Origin: Octopus sinensis
Lineage: Eukaryota
Assembly: GCF_006345805.1 (NCBI RefSeq)
Contig: NC_043000.1
Span: forward strand, 117,800,001 to 117,864,000
Direction: 5' to 3'
Length of the DNA: 64,000 nucleotides
The notes beneath the pieces are model-generated. The model saw nothing but the letters and a program-made list of their open reading frames with translations, was not told the origin of the DNA and searched no databases. Position 1 is the stretch's first letter. Every line of letters begins with the position of its first letter. Positions 41,048 to 55,058 of this stretch are shown piece by piece. The position numbers were made by a program, and so were the translations under genes.

Positions 41048-41340
41048 CCCTTTTCAAGCCTAGCCAGGCTCATGGGCCCGGTTTCCTGGTTTCTGTGGCG
41101 TATGTGTTTCCCCCAGCTGGACGGGACGCCAGTCCATCGCAGCGTTACTCAAGAAACAAGAAGAGTGAGATAAAGTTGGGGCGTAAGAGTACAACAGGGG
41201 TCGCCACCACTCCCTGCCAGAGCTTCGTGGAACATGTAGGTGTTTACGCTCAATAAACACACAACGCCCGGTCTGGGAATCGAAACCGCGATCCTCCGAC
41301 CGCGAGTCCGCTGCCCTAACCACTGGGCCATTGCGCCTCC
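41048..41340 (-). mobile_element. SINE family C (tail type 2, V-domain-like)
   Basis: Family C head followed by CTGCGATGGACTGGCGTCCCGTCCAG, which resembles the V-SINE domain. Paralog at 63207. Confidence 0.75.
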
Positions 41341-41479
41341 ACATTTTACACCCCCCCCGCTTCATAAAGATAACCGGTACAGTTCGAATTGTCGAGATTT
41401 GAACTAAAAAATTAGAGAGCCAGAAGAATTAGAACCTGGTATTGTGGCCGACGTGCTATTTTATAGCACAAACACAGTA

Positions 41480-42282
41480 ATTTCGGGGTAGGATTTTGTC
41501 GAGTACATCGACCCCAGTGATCAACTAGTAATATATTTTATCAACCCCAAAAGAAATGAAAGGCAAAATCGACCTCCGTGGAATTTGAACTCAGAACATA
41601 GAGCTGGACGAAATACAGCTGAACATTTTTCCTGGTGTGCTAACAATTCTGCCAGCTTGCCGCCTTAAGCTGTAAATATCTATTTCATTATTGCCCACAG
41701 GGGGCTAAACATAGAAGGGGGCAAAAAAAGGACAGACAAACGGATTAAGTCGATTACATCGACTCCAGTGTGAACTGGTACATATTTAATCGACCCCGAA
41801 AGGATCAAAGGCAAAGTCGACTTCGGCGGAATTTGAACTCAGAACGTAGCGGCAGAAGAAATACCTATTTCTTTACTACCCATAAGGGGCTAAACACAGA
41901 GAGGACAAACAAGGACAGACAAACGGATTAAGTCGATTATATCGACCCCAGTGCGTCACTGGTACTTAATTTATCGACCCCGAAAAGATGAAAGGCAAAG
42001 TCGACCTCGGCGGAATTTGAACTCAGAACGTAACGGCAGACGAAATACCTATTTCTTTACTGCCCACACGGGGCTAAACACAGAGGGGACAAACGTGGAC
42101 AGACAAACCGATTAAGTCGATTGCATCGACCCCAGTGCGTACCTGGTACTTAGTTTATCGACCCCGAAAGGATGAAAGGCAAAGTCGACCTCGGCGGAAT
42201 TTGAACTCAGAACGTAACGGCAGACGAAATACGGCTACGCATTTCACCCGGCGTGCTAACGTTTCTGCCAGCTCGCCGCCTT
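41480..42282 (-). mobile_element. SINE family A: young trimer (41680-42282) next to an older copy
   Basis: TTAAGCTGTAAATAT is duplicated at ~41665 and ~42281, around three body repeats. Confidence 0.85.
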
Positions 42283-43190
42283 AAGCTGTAAATATTGTTG
42301 CCATTTGGCTCGCAGTAGTGAGATGCTAACATTATTAATGTATTGTTATTTGTGGCTGGCTGTTATGTAAATATTAAACGGAAAGAAATGGGAGACATAT
42401 ATTATTTGACTGCAACAACTAAACATTTGTGTATCAGTTATACACAGGAACATCAATCACAAATTGCAGACTCGTATTTAACAACTGTATAATTCTCTAA
42501 TTGCCACACAATGAGTCGGAGATGTAGTTGATAAAACAGACAGGAGTATCAAGCGTGCAACAGACGTCCATTAAGCAGTTAAGGCAAAGCATATAAAAAC
42601 CTCAATTTGGATACAGAAGGATTTACAAGCTTTCCTAAGTATGTACAGATAAATGAATGAATAAATAGCGATAAAGATTCATAAATACAAAAGACCTAGA
42701 AATAATCAAAATAAAACGCGAAGTAAAAATTACAAAAATTACAAAAATTAATAAATAAGATGAAACAAAACGTGAAATTGTTTATACGTAAGATTAACAT
42801 TGCTTAGATTCGAACTGATGTGATATGCTGAAACATATTTGACTCTCCTAAAGAGATAACATCCAGCAGCTGCCGCCATTTATTTCATTTAATTCAAACG
42901 AGCTTCCTGTTTCAGAAAAAAAAGGTTCCGGTTGTTTACTGTTATTTCCTCTCCGAACGCCGACATAACCACACCCGCCGTTCATATTATTATTATTATT
43001 ACTATTATTATTATTATTATTATTATATTATTATTATTATTATTATTATTATGTTTTCTTTTTCATAAAGCTGTCTACTCTTGGGAATTACTTTCATTTC
43101 CGTTATCCTCATAAAACAAAAGAAGAAAAATGATGATAATGAACAGAAAGGCAACGAAAATATATATGTATATATAAAATGCTGAAATGA

Positions 43191-44382
43191 AAAAAAAAAA
43201 AAGAATGAGGAAGAAGGAAAATGAACGAACAAAGAGAATAAAATAGGAAACGCGAAAAGGGGTGAATAAATAAAAAATATAAAAATAAGAAGATTGAACT
43301 ATAAAGAAAGAGAGAAGGATAGTCTGTAGTTGAAATGACTGTTACAGGAAAAATGAGAACAACTGTGGTAGATTGTTGTTAAATCACTTAACCCTTCGGT
43401 TGTCCAAAGCATTTTCATAAGTTTGACCAAAACAGCCGTCCTTATTTTCAGGTTTTCGTTAGCCCTTGCTTCATGTATTCTGAACGATATAAAGCCGTCC
43501 TTTCTTTAATCTCTAGTTACACTGGTGGGGAAAATGGGAATGTGTATTATATGTCACGTGGATGCAAGGAAAATGTCCTGTGCTCCAGCATGGCCACAGT
43601 CAAATGACTGAAACAAGTAAAAGAGTACTTCCTAATAATAGTTAAATATCTTTTTCTACTTTAGGAACAAGGCCTGGAATAACAATATTAATTGTAAAAA
43701 AACGCAATAGAATTTTTAAAACATCGAATGTCTGTGGAGTCTACCAAAGTAAAAGAGGAGCCAAATCGGTTCATTGGTTACACAAAAAAAAAAAAAAGAA
43801 TGAGGAAGAAGGAAAAGGAACGAACAAAGAGAATAAAATAGGAAACGCGAAAAGGGGTGAATAAATAAAAAATATAAAAATAAGAAGATTGAACTATAAA
43901 GAAAGAGAGAAGGATAGTCTGTAGTTGAAATGACTGTTACAGGAAAAATGAGAACAACTGTGGTAGATTGTTGTTAAATCACTTAACCCTTCGGTTGTCC
44001 AAAGCATTTTCATAAGTTTGACCAAAACAGCCGTCCTTATTTTCAGGTTTTCGTTAGCCCTTGCTTCATGTATTCTGAACGATATAAAGCCGTCCTTTCT
44101 TTAATCTCTAGTTACACTGGTGGGGAAAATGGGAATGTGTATTATATGTCACGTGGATGCAAGGAAAATGTCCTGTGCTCCAGCATGGCCACAGTCAAAT
44201 GACTGAAACAAGTAAAAGAGTACTTCCTAATAATAGTTAAATATCTTTTTCTACTTTAGGAACAAGGCCTGGAATAACAATATTAAATTGTAAAAAAACG
44301 CAATAGAATTTTTAAAACATCGAATGTCTGTGGAGTCTACCAAAGTAAAAGAGGAGCCAAATCGGTTCATTGGTTACACAAA

Positions 44383-44390
<8 letters not shown>
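43191..44390. repeat. Near-identical ~595-bp tandem duplication joined at poly-A tracts
   Basis: AAGAATGAGGAAGAAGG occurs at 43201 and 43796. Both copies end in GGTTACAC(A)n. Confidence 0.92.
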
Positions 44391-44413
<23 letters not shown>

Positions 44414-44632
44414 AAGATGGAGACCCGCTCCTCTAAACCAAATATTTGTTTGTTGTGTTACGCAAAGCCATCAGTTTCGATTCATGGCTGTATTTTTTAA
44501 TATTATGTTAAAAGGTGTGACAGAGCCCAACACATGATCCTTCACAGATTCTCGCTACTATCTTAACTCCTTTTTATGTTTCGTTTTTGGATTTGGTTTG
44601 CAAGATTCTTTATATGAGTTCGTGTGTTGAAG

Positions 44633-44867
44633 CATATTCTGTTGTGTCTGGGGAGAGTCATTTTCTTTTTGTGCCTTCTAATGTAACACACTCACCGGTA
44701 AAATTTCTACTTATTTCTTATTTTTATTTTCCTAAAATTTTCGTTGCGTCTTGTAACCTTTTCAATAGCCTGACAATGAAAATTTTATGAATATAAAAAT
44801 AAGAAATAAGGGGAAATTTTACTGCCACAAGAAGAGAAAATGACGCTCTCCAGATACAACAGAATAT
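44633..44867. repeat. Diverged inverted repeat (~90-bp arms)
   Basis: ATATTCTGTTGTGTCTGG pairs with CCAGATACAACAGAATAT, and CTTATTTCTTATTTTTAT pairs with ATAAAAATAAGAAATAAG. Confidence 0.75.
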
Positions 44868-45239
44868 CCTTTTTATGTATTTCTGTGACAAATATTTATG
44901 AAAGTAATTCAATTTAAATATACCAATATATCAACGCAAGCCTGAACATTCAGTCTTTTGCCCGAAATGTCCCCGTTTAGTCTCTTCTTACTTTTGGTCC
45001 GTCAGCAGCAAAATACGAGGATCAATACCACACGGCTTCTCTCAAGATTGCTCTTTTCAATCTTCTTTTCTTTTTCGTGCTTCTCCCTTCTTTTTCAAGT
45101 TTCTCCTTTTCTCCTCATTTATTTCCCCCTATTTCCATCATTCAAGGAAAGACAAGGAACATAGCATTGAGTGTGAACTTATCTTGTCATTTTGTTGTTT
45201 TTCTTTTTTATATATTCTTTCGTTTACATTTACTCTTTT

Positions 45240-45426
45240 ACCCTTTTACTTGTTTCAGTCATTTGACTGTGGCCATGCTGGAGCACCGCCTTTAGTCGAG
45301 CAAATGGACCCCAGGACTTATTCTTTGTAAGCCTAGTACTTATTCTGTCAGTTTCTTTTGTCGAACCGTTCAGTTACGGGGACGTAAACCACCAGCATCG
45401 GGTGTCAAGCGATGTTGGGGAGACAA

Positions 45427-45473
<47 letters not shown>

Positions 45474-45640
45474 CATATATACGATGGACTTCTTTCAGTT
45501 TCCGTCTACCATATCCACTCACAAGGCTTTGGTCGGCCCGAGGCTATAGAAGAAGACATTTGCCCAAGGTGCCATGCAGTGGGACTGAACCCGGAGCCAT
45601 GTGGTTTGTAAGCAAGCTACTTACCACACAGCCACTCCTA
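45240..45640 (-). mobile_element. SINE family B, full length
   Basis: Reverse complement of the family B consensus. Confidence 0.85.
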
Positions 45641-45697
45641 CATTTGTATATTTATTTTATATATACACACACATCCATATCCATGTACACATATATA

Positions 45698-45923
45698 AAG
45701 GCGGTGAGCTGGCAGAAACGTTAGCACGTCGGGCGAAATGCGTAGCCGTATTTCGTCTGCCGTTACGTTCAAATTCCGCCGAGGTCAACTTTGCCTTTCA
45801 TCCTTTCAGGGTCGATAAATTAAGTACCAGGTACGCACTGGGGTCGATATAATCGACTTAATCCGTTTGTCTGTCCTTCTTTGTCCCGTCTGTGTTTAGC
45901 CCCTTGTGGGTAGTAAAGAAATA
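45698..45923 (+). mobile_element. SINE family A monomer
   Basis: Consensus head, body and tail. Confidence 0.85.
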
Positions 45924-46705
45924 TATATGTGTGCGTACACATACATATATACATGCACACACACATATACACACTGTTGTAAGTGTGTGTGTGTGTGCGT
46001 GCGTGTGTGTATGTAATGGGTGAAAGCAGAAGTTTCCACATGCGATGCTATGACTGTTACATCAGTCAGCCATTTTAATTAGAAAATGCTGATCATCAAG
46101 TAACAGGGCATGATGGTGGATTGTGCCTACTCTTATGATCGGCCAGTACAGATCTGGAGTTTGTGCACGTGATTGATACGGGGCTCTGAAGATCACTTTT
46201 GCAGGAAGTGAAAAATTTAGGAAAGCATTTTCTATTGTTTACACGCTTAAAATCGGTGAGCGGGTAAAAACGTTATCGCGCCGGACAAAAATGCTTAGCA
46301 ACATTTCTTTCGGCTTTACGTTCTGCCTGTCAACTTTTCGATCCGATAAAATATTCATTAGTTAAACACTTGGTATAATCGAGTAAACCTCTCCTTCAAA
46401 ATTGCTGTCCTTGCGCCTAAAACAGAAATGGTTCGCTATTTACACTCCTAAAATTTGTTAGGAGTTCAACTTAAATGCCACACAATCTGGTTCTTCGTTT
46501 CTTCCTCTGTCGTTGAAAATATTAAGGTTTTCTTTAAGAAAAACAGTGTTTTATTGTACAAATATAGGATGTAATCCAAGCTCATCCTCTCCGGATTCGA
46601 TATAAAGTAGTGAACCAGTGCAAATATGCCTGGTCATTGTATCCATTAACAATAAATAGAAGTGCTATTGTATGCTGAAAGAAATTTTAGAAATCCACGT
46701 TATTA

Positions 46706-46755
<50 letters not shown>

Positions 46756-47090
46756 TTTTAAGCCCCATCTACACAAACACACTTATACATACGGTATATA
46801 CAGTATAGTTTCCGGTAAAGTCCCTCGGTATACCGATGAGATTTAGTACAAAATATTAAAATGAATGTTATTGCCACTATTGATGTTCTCTGGGGAGAAA
46901 GAATATATATTCTTTATTTTTCAGATTCTATATCAATAGACGTAAATCAAAGAATTCCATTTGTATTAGTTAAGATCGCGTTTCTTTTAAATTCCTAACA
47001 CAAGAAACAAAATTTCTTTGTTCCGCCCATCACTTTTATGTAGCAGGGAATTATATAACAAAATACAGACACACAAACACACTCATTCAA

Positions 47091-47202
<112 letters not shown>

Positions 47203-47757
47203 GTGAATAACATCTATCTAAACTATGTGTGTGTGTGGTGCGTTGTGTACGGCTGTATTTATGTAATTGTGTATATATAACGTAAGTGTACCATTGAAAG
47301 ATCCCCGGTAATTTTGAAGACAATAAGATCTTGGGAGGTTTATGGAGACTAAAGTTGCATTATTTCTTTTGAAAGAGAATTTCTTTTCTCTGAAGCGTTT
47401 GATTCTTGAGACGGTGTAAACTTACATAGGTGGTGCCAAAGGTGCAGATGTAGGACATCTTTGAAAACTATATTCTATGTTATGAAATTCCTACTTCGTC
47501 TCACATGAGAGCTGTTACCTATTACTTTTATTAATAAATCTAAAAACAGATAATATTTATTATGGAACAAAATCGAAGACATAACTCTTTCCCCAATACT
47601 ATTCTGCGACGGTATAACTGTATGTTGGTCGAGTCAGGCTCTGTGGGTAGGCAGAATCTTCGACTAACTAGACACTACTAATCTCTATTATATTAAGGAG
47701 TAATCTTTCTTTCAACAGACGACACTACACGCGTATGTGTGCATGTGTGTGTGTGCG

Positions 47758-47797
<40 letters not shown>

Positions 47798-47798
47798 A

Positions 47799-47835
<37 letters not shown>

Positions 47836-48438
47836 TATAATAATAATTAAGGAAAATCAGTTCCAATGCCACAGGAATAAGGGATTCAACTTAAAAATAT
47901 CAAATTGAATTACTCCCAATAATTGATTCCTATATCTCAAAATAGTGTTAGAGATAAAACCACCCACAACATCATCAACTCCGAACGGTGTTAACTCAAC
48001 TAAGCCATAAAATATTAAATATTATACTTACTATTTCTATTCATAATCCCCAAATTTTCCATATTACGGACTACACGTGTTTCATGAGGGTGCGTATGGA
48101 ATTGTTAAGACATAAAGTCTCATTCAAAAACTCATTATGTTTATGCACTCCCAATCGTCAGGTCTACTTTCCCCACGTTTATAAATATAACTACTCCGTA
48201 TATATCACTATGTTTGTCAAAATTAATTACAAATATATAACTATAAATAAGTAAATAAATAAATTCATGAACCTTATAAATTTAAGACATAAAAATTTAA
48301 GGAATAAAAACGGATATGAAATACGACTAAAAAGTACGAATAAAAAACATGCGAATAAATCGAATAAAAACTACGATAAAAATACGAATAAAAATACGAA
48401 AAATTAATAATAATACATTACTTTATTAACTTTTCGTC

Positions 48439-48567
48439 CCTGGAACCATGTGGTTGGGAAGCAAGCTACTTACCACACAGCCACTCCTGCGCCTATCTAC
48501 TGTAGCCTCGGGCTGATCAAAGCCTTGTGAGTGGATTTGGTAGTCGGAAACTGAAAGAAGCCCGTCG

Positions 48568-48623
<56 letters not shown>

Positions 48624-48830
48624 TTGTGTGTCTGTTTGTCCCCCCACCTTCGCTTGACAACCGATGCTGGTGTGCTTACGTTCCCGTAACATAGCGGCTC
48701 GGCAAATGGCATCAATCGAATAAGTAGCAGACATAGCACATTATGTATGCTTTGGTGCTGACTCATCTGATTAAACTTTTCAAGGTGGTGCACAAACATC
48801 GATGCAGAATGAAACGAGTAAAAGATAAGA
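48439..48830. mobile_element. SINE family B with inverted 5' head
   Basis: 48439-48494 is the reverse-complemented head. From 48496 onward is the + strand body. Confidence 0.75.
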
Positions 48831-49094
48831 TAAAAAAGATAGTGCTAGATGCACGCAGTCGAAAAGCTACGGAAATACCGTCGTGGGAACATCATATACG
48901 ATACGTAGGATTGCTGAATCATTCTTTTATTGACTGGGGCTTAAACAATGACAATATGTTCATATTAGGGTTGTAAGGCAAGGACTTGTTATCTTATAGA
49001 CACACACACACACACATATATATGCGTATATATATTATATATACGTATATATATATATATCTATATATATATATATAATATATATATATATATA

Positions 49095-49146
<52 letters not shown>

Positions 49147-50283
49147 ATATATAAATATACATATATATGTGTATATACACACACATATATATAATTGTGT
49201 GTGTACGTGTACATACATACATTCGTCCATACATAATTATGAGTACACATACATGTATTTGTATGTGTGTGTGTGTGTGTGTGTTGCTCCTATTGTTTAC
49301 AGTAGCAAATCCCATTGATACAGCCAGCTGCAGCTGAACAACGCAGTAATATTATAACATGTCAGAGATAGACGTAAGATTGCTGAGGCAATCCTCGTTA
49401 ATTTTAAAACTTATTCTCTGCAATGACAAAGGACAAGCAACAAGATATGCACATCAGCTGTGGCAATAAACAGCAGATTGCATTCAGAAACACCCTGGAT
49501 ATAATGGATTATTGTTGCTTACAGTACAATCCATCATAAAACATAATCTACATACATATAAACATATATCTATACTATAATAAAGAAAGGTGCTTATTAA
49601 TTAGTTATCTGTATATAACTTTTACTAGAAGAAAGCAATTATTGAAGTCTACACTGTTTAGAAAGTTCTTAAAAATTCCAATTTTGACACGCTTTTTAAT
49701 CAGAATGTGGCTTTCAAATTTGAAGATTTCAATCCCAAAACTAATTTGTATTCGCTACGACATAGTCACTTTTCGCTATGAGAGCGTTACTTGACATCTC
49801 TGATTAAACCTCTTCTTGAAATATAAAGATTGCCTAAATACTTGCAGCGCTGTTTTCTTCAGGCATATGAGTAAAACATTTTTCGAAGTTATGACTTCAA
49901 TCCAGCGCCTGCTAAGTTATGTTGACTTCCATATTCATTCATATTTGTTGGGTGTTTTATTTTTGAAGAAATACAAAGCTGAAGAAGAAAAGTAGTTTTA
50001 ATTTAGTTACGTCAATTGTACCAAATATTAAAAAAATCATATCTAATTCTGGCAAGTAATTACAAGGCACAGGAGTAGCTGTGTGGTAAATAGCTTGCTT
50101 ACCAACCACAGGATTCCGTGTTCTTTCCCACTACATGGCATCTTGGACAAGTGTCTTCTACTATAGCCTCGGGCCGACCAAATCCTTGTGAGTGGATTTG
50201 GTAGATGGAAACTGAAAGAATCCCGTCGTATATATGAATATACGTGAATGAAAGATTAAAAGAAAGAAACACAGACACACAAG

Positions 50284-50333
<50 letters not shown>

Positions 50334-50447
50334 ACTGAAAGAAGCCCGACGTATATATGTGTGTGAGTGTATATGCTTGTGTGTCTGTGTTTCTTTCTTT
50401 TAAGCTTTCATTCACTTTTTCATTCTTTTCTAGTGAGTCATTCTCTC

Positions 50448-50606
50448 TTTCGTTCTTTCTTTCATTCTTTCGTTCTTTCTTTCATTCTTTCGTTCTTTCT
50501 TTCATTCTTTCGTTCTTTCTTTCATTCTTTCGTTCTTTCTTTCATTCTTTCATTCTTTCTTTCATTCTTTCGTTCTTTCTTTCATTCTTTCGTTCTTTCT
50601 TTCATT
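50448..50606. repeat. 20-bp minisatellite (TTCGTTCTTTCTTTCATTCT) ~8 copies
   Basis: Directly visible. Confidence 0.9.
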
Positions 50607-51430
50607 AATTGATTAATTAGTTAATTAATTCTTTCTTTTAATCTTTCATTCGCTTTCAATTTTAAAAATCACTCTTCCTTTCTTTTCTTCTTTCTTTCCT
50701 TCCTTCCTTCCTTCTTTCATTCTTTCCTTCCTACCTTCCTTCTTTCTTGCTTTCATTAATTCATTCATCCGTTCATTCTTTCTCTTCTTGTTCCTTCGTT
50801 CCCATTTTCATTCATTTTATAAACTTAAATTCACTCTTACCTTCCTTCATTCTTCTTGCATTCTATTCTTCATTTATTCATTCATCCATTCCCACTTCCT
50901 TTCATTTCTTTCTTTCCTTCTTTCATTCATTCTCTTGCCTTTCTTTCATTTCATCTTTCCCATTTACTCTCAAACTCCCCCAATACAACCAACTTTCCTA
51001 AATATTCTCTACTCTGTTTAAATTGGACCACAGTCTCTGGTAATTCTATCTACATACTGCTGCTTTCATGTATCTCGCGTCTCACTTGCTCTTGTTATTG
51101 TTGTTGTTGGTGTTGATGCCCTTCCGTCATTATCGCCTTTATAGCTGTTGTTGTTGTTGTTGTTGTGGATAGTGTTCTTGCTGTTGTTGTTTCAAGTATC
51201 TTTATCTCCAACAACCACGTGTGGTGATATAAATAAGTTGACAAGAACAGCCAGCATTCTATGAGAATTAACACATATCCTGTCACCTCTTTTCTGGCAG
51301 AATCTTTCTCCATGTAGGTCCTTCAAATGGTTTTTCATTTCACATCGCTTTCACAGGACAAAGGTAGCCAAGTGTAACAGCTTGGTGACCAGCGTTCAAT
51401 TCTCACTAGTAGGTATTTCATTTCAATTAT

Positions 51431-51900
51431 AGGCAGCGAGCTGGCAGAATCGTTAGCACGCCGGGCGAAATGCTTAGCAGTATTTCTTCTGCCGCTACGT
51501 TCTGAGTTCAAATTCCGCCGAGGTCGACTTTGCCTTTAGTCCTTTCGGGGTCGATTAAATAAGTACTAGTTACACACTGGGGTCGATGTAATCGACTTAA
51601 TCCCTTTGTCTGTCTTTGTTTGTCCCCTCTATGTTTAGCCCCTTGTGGGTAGTAAAGAAATAAATTATATTTTTATTTTTTTTTATATAAAGCGGTGAGC
51701 TGGCAGAATCGTTTGCCGCGCCGAACAAAATGCTAAGCCGCATTTTGTCCGTCTTCAAGTACTGAGTTCTAATTCTGCTGAGATCGACTTTGCCGTTCAT
51801 CTTAACGGAATCGATAAAATAAGTACTAGTTGAGCACTGGGGTCGAAGTAAGCGACACACCTCTCCCATAACCTTGCTGGACTTGTACCAAAAGTTGAAA
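51431..51900 (+). mobile_element. Two SINE family A copies (one young, one diverged)
   Basis: Heads at ~51431 and ~51690. Confidence 0.8.
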
Positions 51901-52888
51901 CGAATAAAATATTATCTCTTGTCTTTCATTTGCTTCAGTGACTGAATTGCGGACATACTGGAGCATTTCTTAGTCGAAAATATCGACCACAATATATTTT
52001 TTAATGCTGGGTATTTATTCTATAGGTTTTTTTTTTTATCGAATCGTTAAGTAAAACTAGTTGTCAACCGGTGGTAGGAGACAAGCACAACACAAACACA
52101 GATACACACATACACCTGCTGTGGGAGCCTCACTGTAGGACTGAACACAAGACCTCGTGGTTGGGAAGCAAGTACTCAACCACTCAGACACGCCTGTAAC
52201 TCTTATATCGATAATAAGAGCTGCAACTTTTACTGTCGGTCGATAGTGCATCAGTCGAAATGCCTTGCAACATTAAATTTTTAATTTAGCTTCTTGCATT
52301 TCCAGTTCAAATCCCGTCGAGATCAATCAACTATTTCTCTTATCCTTCTGGAGTTGAAAATAAAAGTCCCTGTCAAGGGCGATGGACTAGCTAATCGTAG
52401 GAGCGTCCGATGGGATGTCTCACGCCTTGCGGCATTTGCTTCCGTTCTTTGCTTTCTGATTTCGGATCCTACCGTAGCACATCTGTGTGGTAGACTCAAT
52501 CCGTTGCTCAGGTTAACACCATCGCTACACGCTCGTTGAGCGAGTACAACGGAGTTTATGGAGTGTGGCAAGTATTTCCATAAGTCTGTGGATACTCTCA
52601 CTCCTCCCCCACCTACCTCGTATTTCTAGTAAACAATCATGAACAGTTCAGCAACTACCACGGTGAACAACTTGTTATTCATTATAGTTGTTACTGAACA
52701 CGCCATCTACTGTTTCTACCTTACCTGTTATGTATTTAAAATTTACCAGATGATAGCTGAAACAGCTATTGTAAATTTTGAACCCCACTTGTATACGCCA
52801 CACCTGGAATCAACCATGGCTCGAATCTACGGTTCATACTGGATTTGGTACTTATGTGTATATCTACATTTGTGTATGTATGTATGTA

Positions 52889-52999
<111 letters not shown>

Positions 53000-53020
53000 A
53001 TATGTATGTATGTATGTGTG

Positions 53021-53062
<42 letters not shown>

Positions 53063-53063
<1 letters not shown>

Positions 53064-53400
53064 TGGCACTCTGTCGGTTACGACGACGAGGGTTCCAGTT
53101 GATCCAATCTATGGAACAGCCTGTAAGTGGCTGAGCACTCCACAGACATGTGTACCCTTAACGTAGTTCTCAGGGAGATTCAGCGTGACACAGTGTGTGA
53201 CAAGGCTGGTCCTTTGAAATACAGGTACAACAGAAACAGGAAGAAAGAGTGAGAGAAAGTTGTGGCGAAAGAGTACAGCAGGGTTTTCCACTACCCCCTG
53301 CCAGAGGCTCGTGGAGCTTTAGGTGTTTCCACTCAATAAACACTCACATTTCCCAGTCTGGGAATCAAAACCGCGAGTCCGCTGCCCTAAGTACTGGGCC
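53063..53400 (-). mobile_element. SINE family C (tail type 1)
   Basis: Reverse complement of the 12625-12975 element. Confidence 0.8.
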
Positions 53401-53407
53401 TGTGTGC

Positions 53408-53446
<39 letters not shown>

Positions 53447-53610
53447 AATGTGTGTACGTACGCGTGTGTGGGTTCATGCATACAGCACACCGCCAATAAA
53501 TGACAACTAAGGGTTTTGTTGCCTTATTGTGAGCTCAATACGAAGTACCCAGCCATTTCTGGCATCCTTCTTGTTGATATGCCTAGATTCTAACGAATCC
53601 TGTAACTGAT

Positions 53611-53684
<74 letters not shown>

Positions 53685-53733
53685 GTCTGTCTGGCTGTCT
53701 GTATGTCTGTCTGTCTGTCTTTCTGTCTGTCTT

Positions 53734-53766
<33 letters not shown>

Positions 53767-53922
53767 ATGTATGTATGTATGTATGTATGTATGTATGAAT
53801 GTCTGTCTGTCTGTATGTATGAATGTCTGTCTGTCTGTCTGTCTGTCTGTATGTATGTATGTATGTATGTATGTATGGTTTGTGTGTGTATGGTATATAT
53901 ATATATATATATATATATATAG

Positions 53923-53955
<33 letters not shown>

Positions 53956-55012
53956 TGCATGGGTATGTATATGTGTGCTCATGGAATGGTATTATAGGTA
54001 AATTGGTGACCACACCGATACCAGCGACACCTACCACACCACACACACAACTAACCAGAACACGTAACGTGACCCTCGACTAACTGCCTTTGTTATTAAG
54101 ACAAATAAACGGAAAAGATTAAGTGAAAACATCAAATGTTAAAGTGTGTGTATGTGTGCATGTGTATATGTTCGTGTGTATGTGTTTATGTCCACGTATG
54201 TGTGAGCATATGAGTGCGTATGTAAGTGTTGTTTGTGTGTATGTCTATGTATGTATGAGTAACGGCTCTGTTTGTTTGTCTATGCGAATGTACTCATACA
54301 CACAGGTTACATATGTACACATATACACAAAGGGAGAGTGATAGAGAGGCATTGAGAGAGGGAGAGGTGATGTACATCTACCACACTACTCACATAACTA
54401 ACCAGAACACGTAACGTGACCCTTTACTAACTGCCTTTGTTATTAAGATGTATGTGTGTGTATACGTATGCATGTATACGTGTATATATATTAAAATGTA
54501 CGTGTTATTAATAAGTACGTGTGTGTATACGTATGCATGTATACGTGTATATATATATACGTATGTATGCATGTACAAATTGCGCATATGTTTATGTGAA
54601 TGTGAGTTAATGCGTGCGGTTCATGTGGTTGGGATAGTGAGGTGTAAGTAATAAATTAGATGCTAGGAGATCCAAATGGATTGAGGAGGACAATTTAGTG
54701 GAACGGGGAAAGTAAGAGATGGTGCGTGAATGCAGAGGACGACGGAGGATAGGAGAAAGAAGCATAATTGTAGTGAGGGGTAGAGAGATAGAGATAGTTA
54801 TGATGGTAGGGAACGGGAAAAATAATGAAAGGAGTATGAGAGAGAGGGTAAAAGATACAGAAGAGAGGATAAACAGATCAGAGAGGAAAGTAAAGAGTAA
54901 AACAGGGTATGGGAGAAGTAAGATTGGGAGATAAGAAAGGAAGTGGAAAAAGATTTGAGAGAGCGATGAGTGTGTGTGTGTGTGTGTGATTGAGTGCGTG
55001 TGTGTGTATATA

Positions 55013-55058
<46 letters not shown>

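Noticed and set aside
49569-50060. Helitron-like 5' end ATCTATACTATAATAAA
   Set aside because: No 3' hairpin/CTRR terminus was found, so the element extent cannot be supported.
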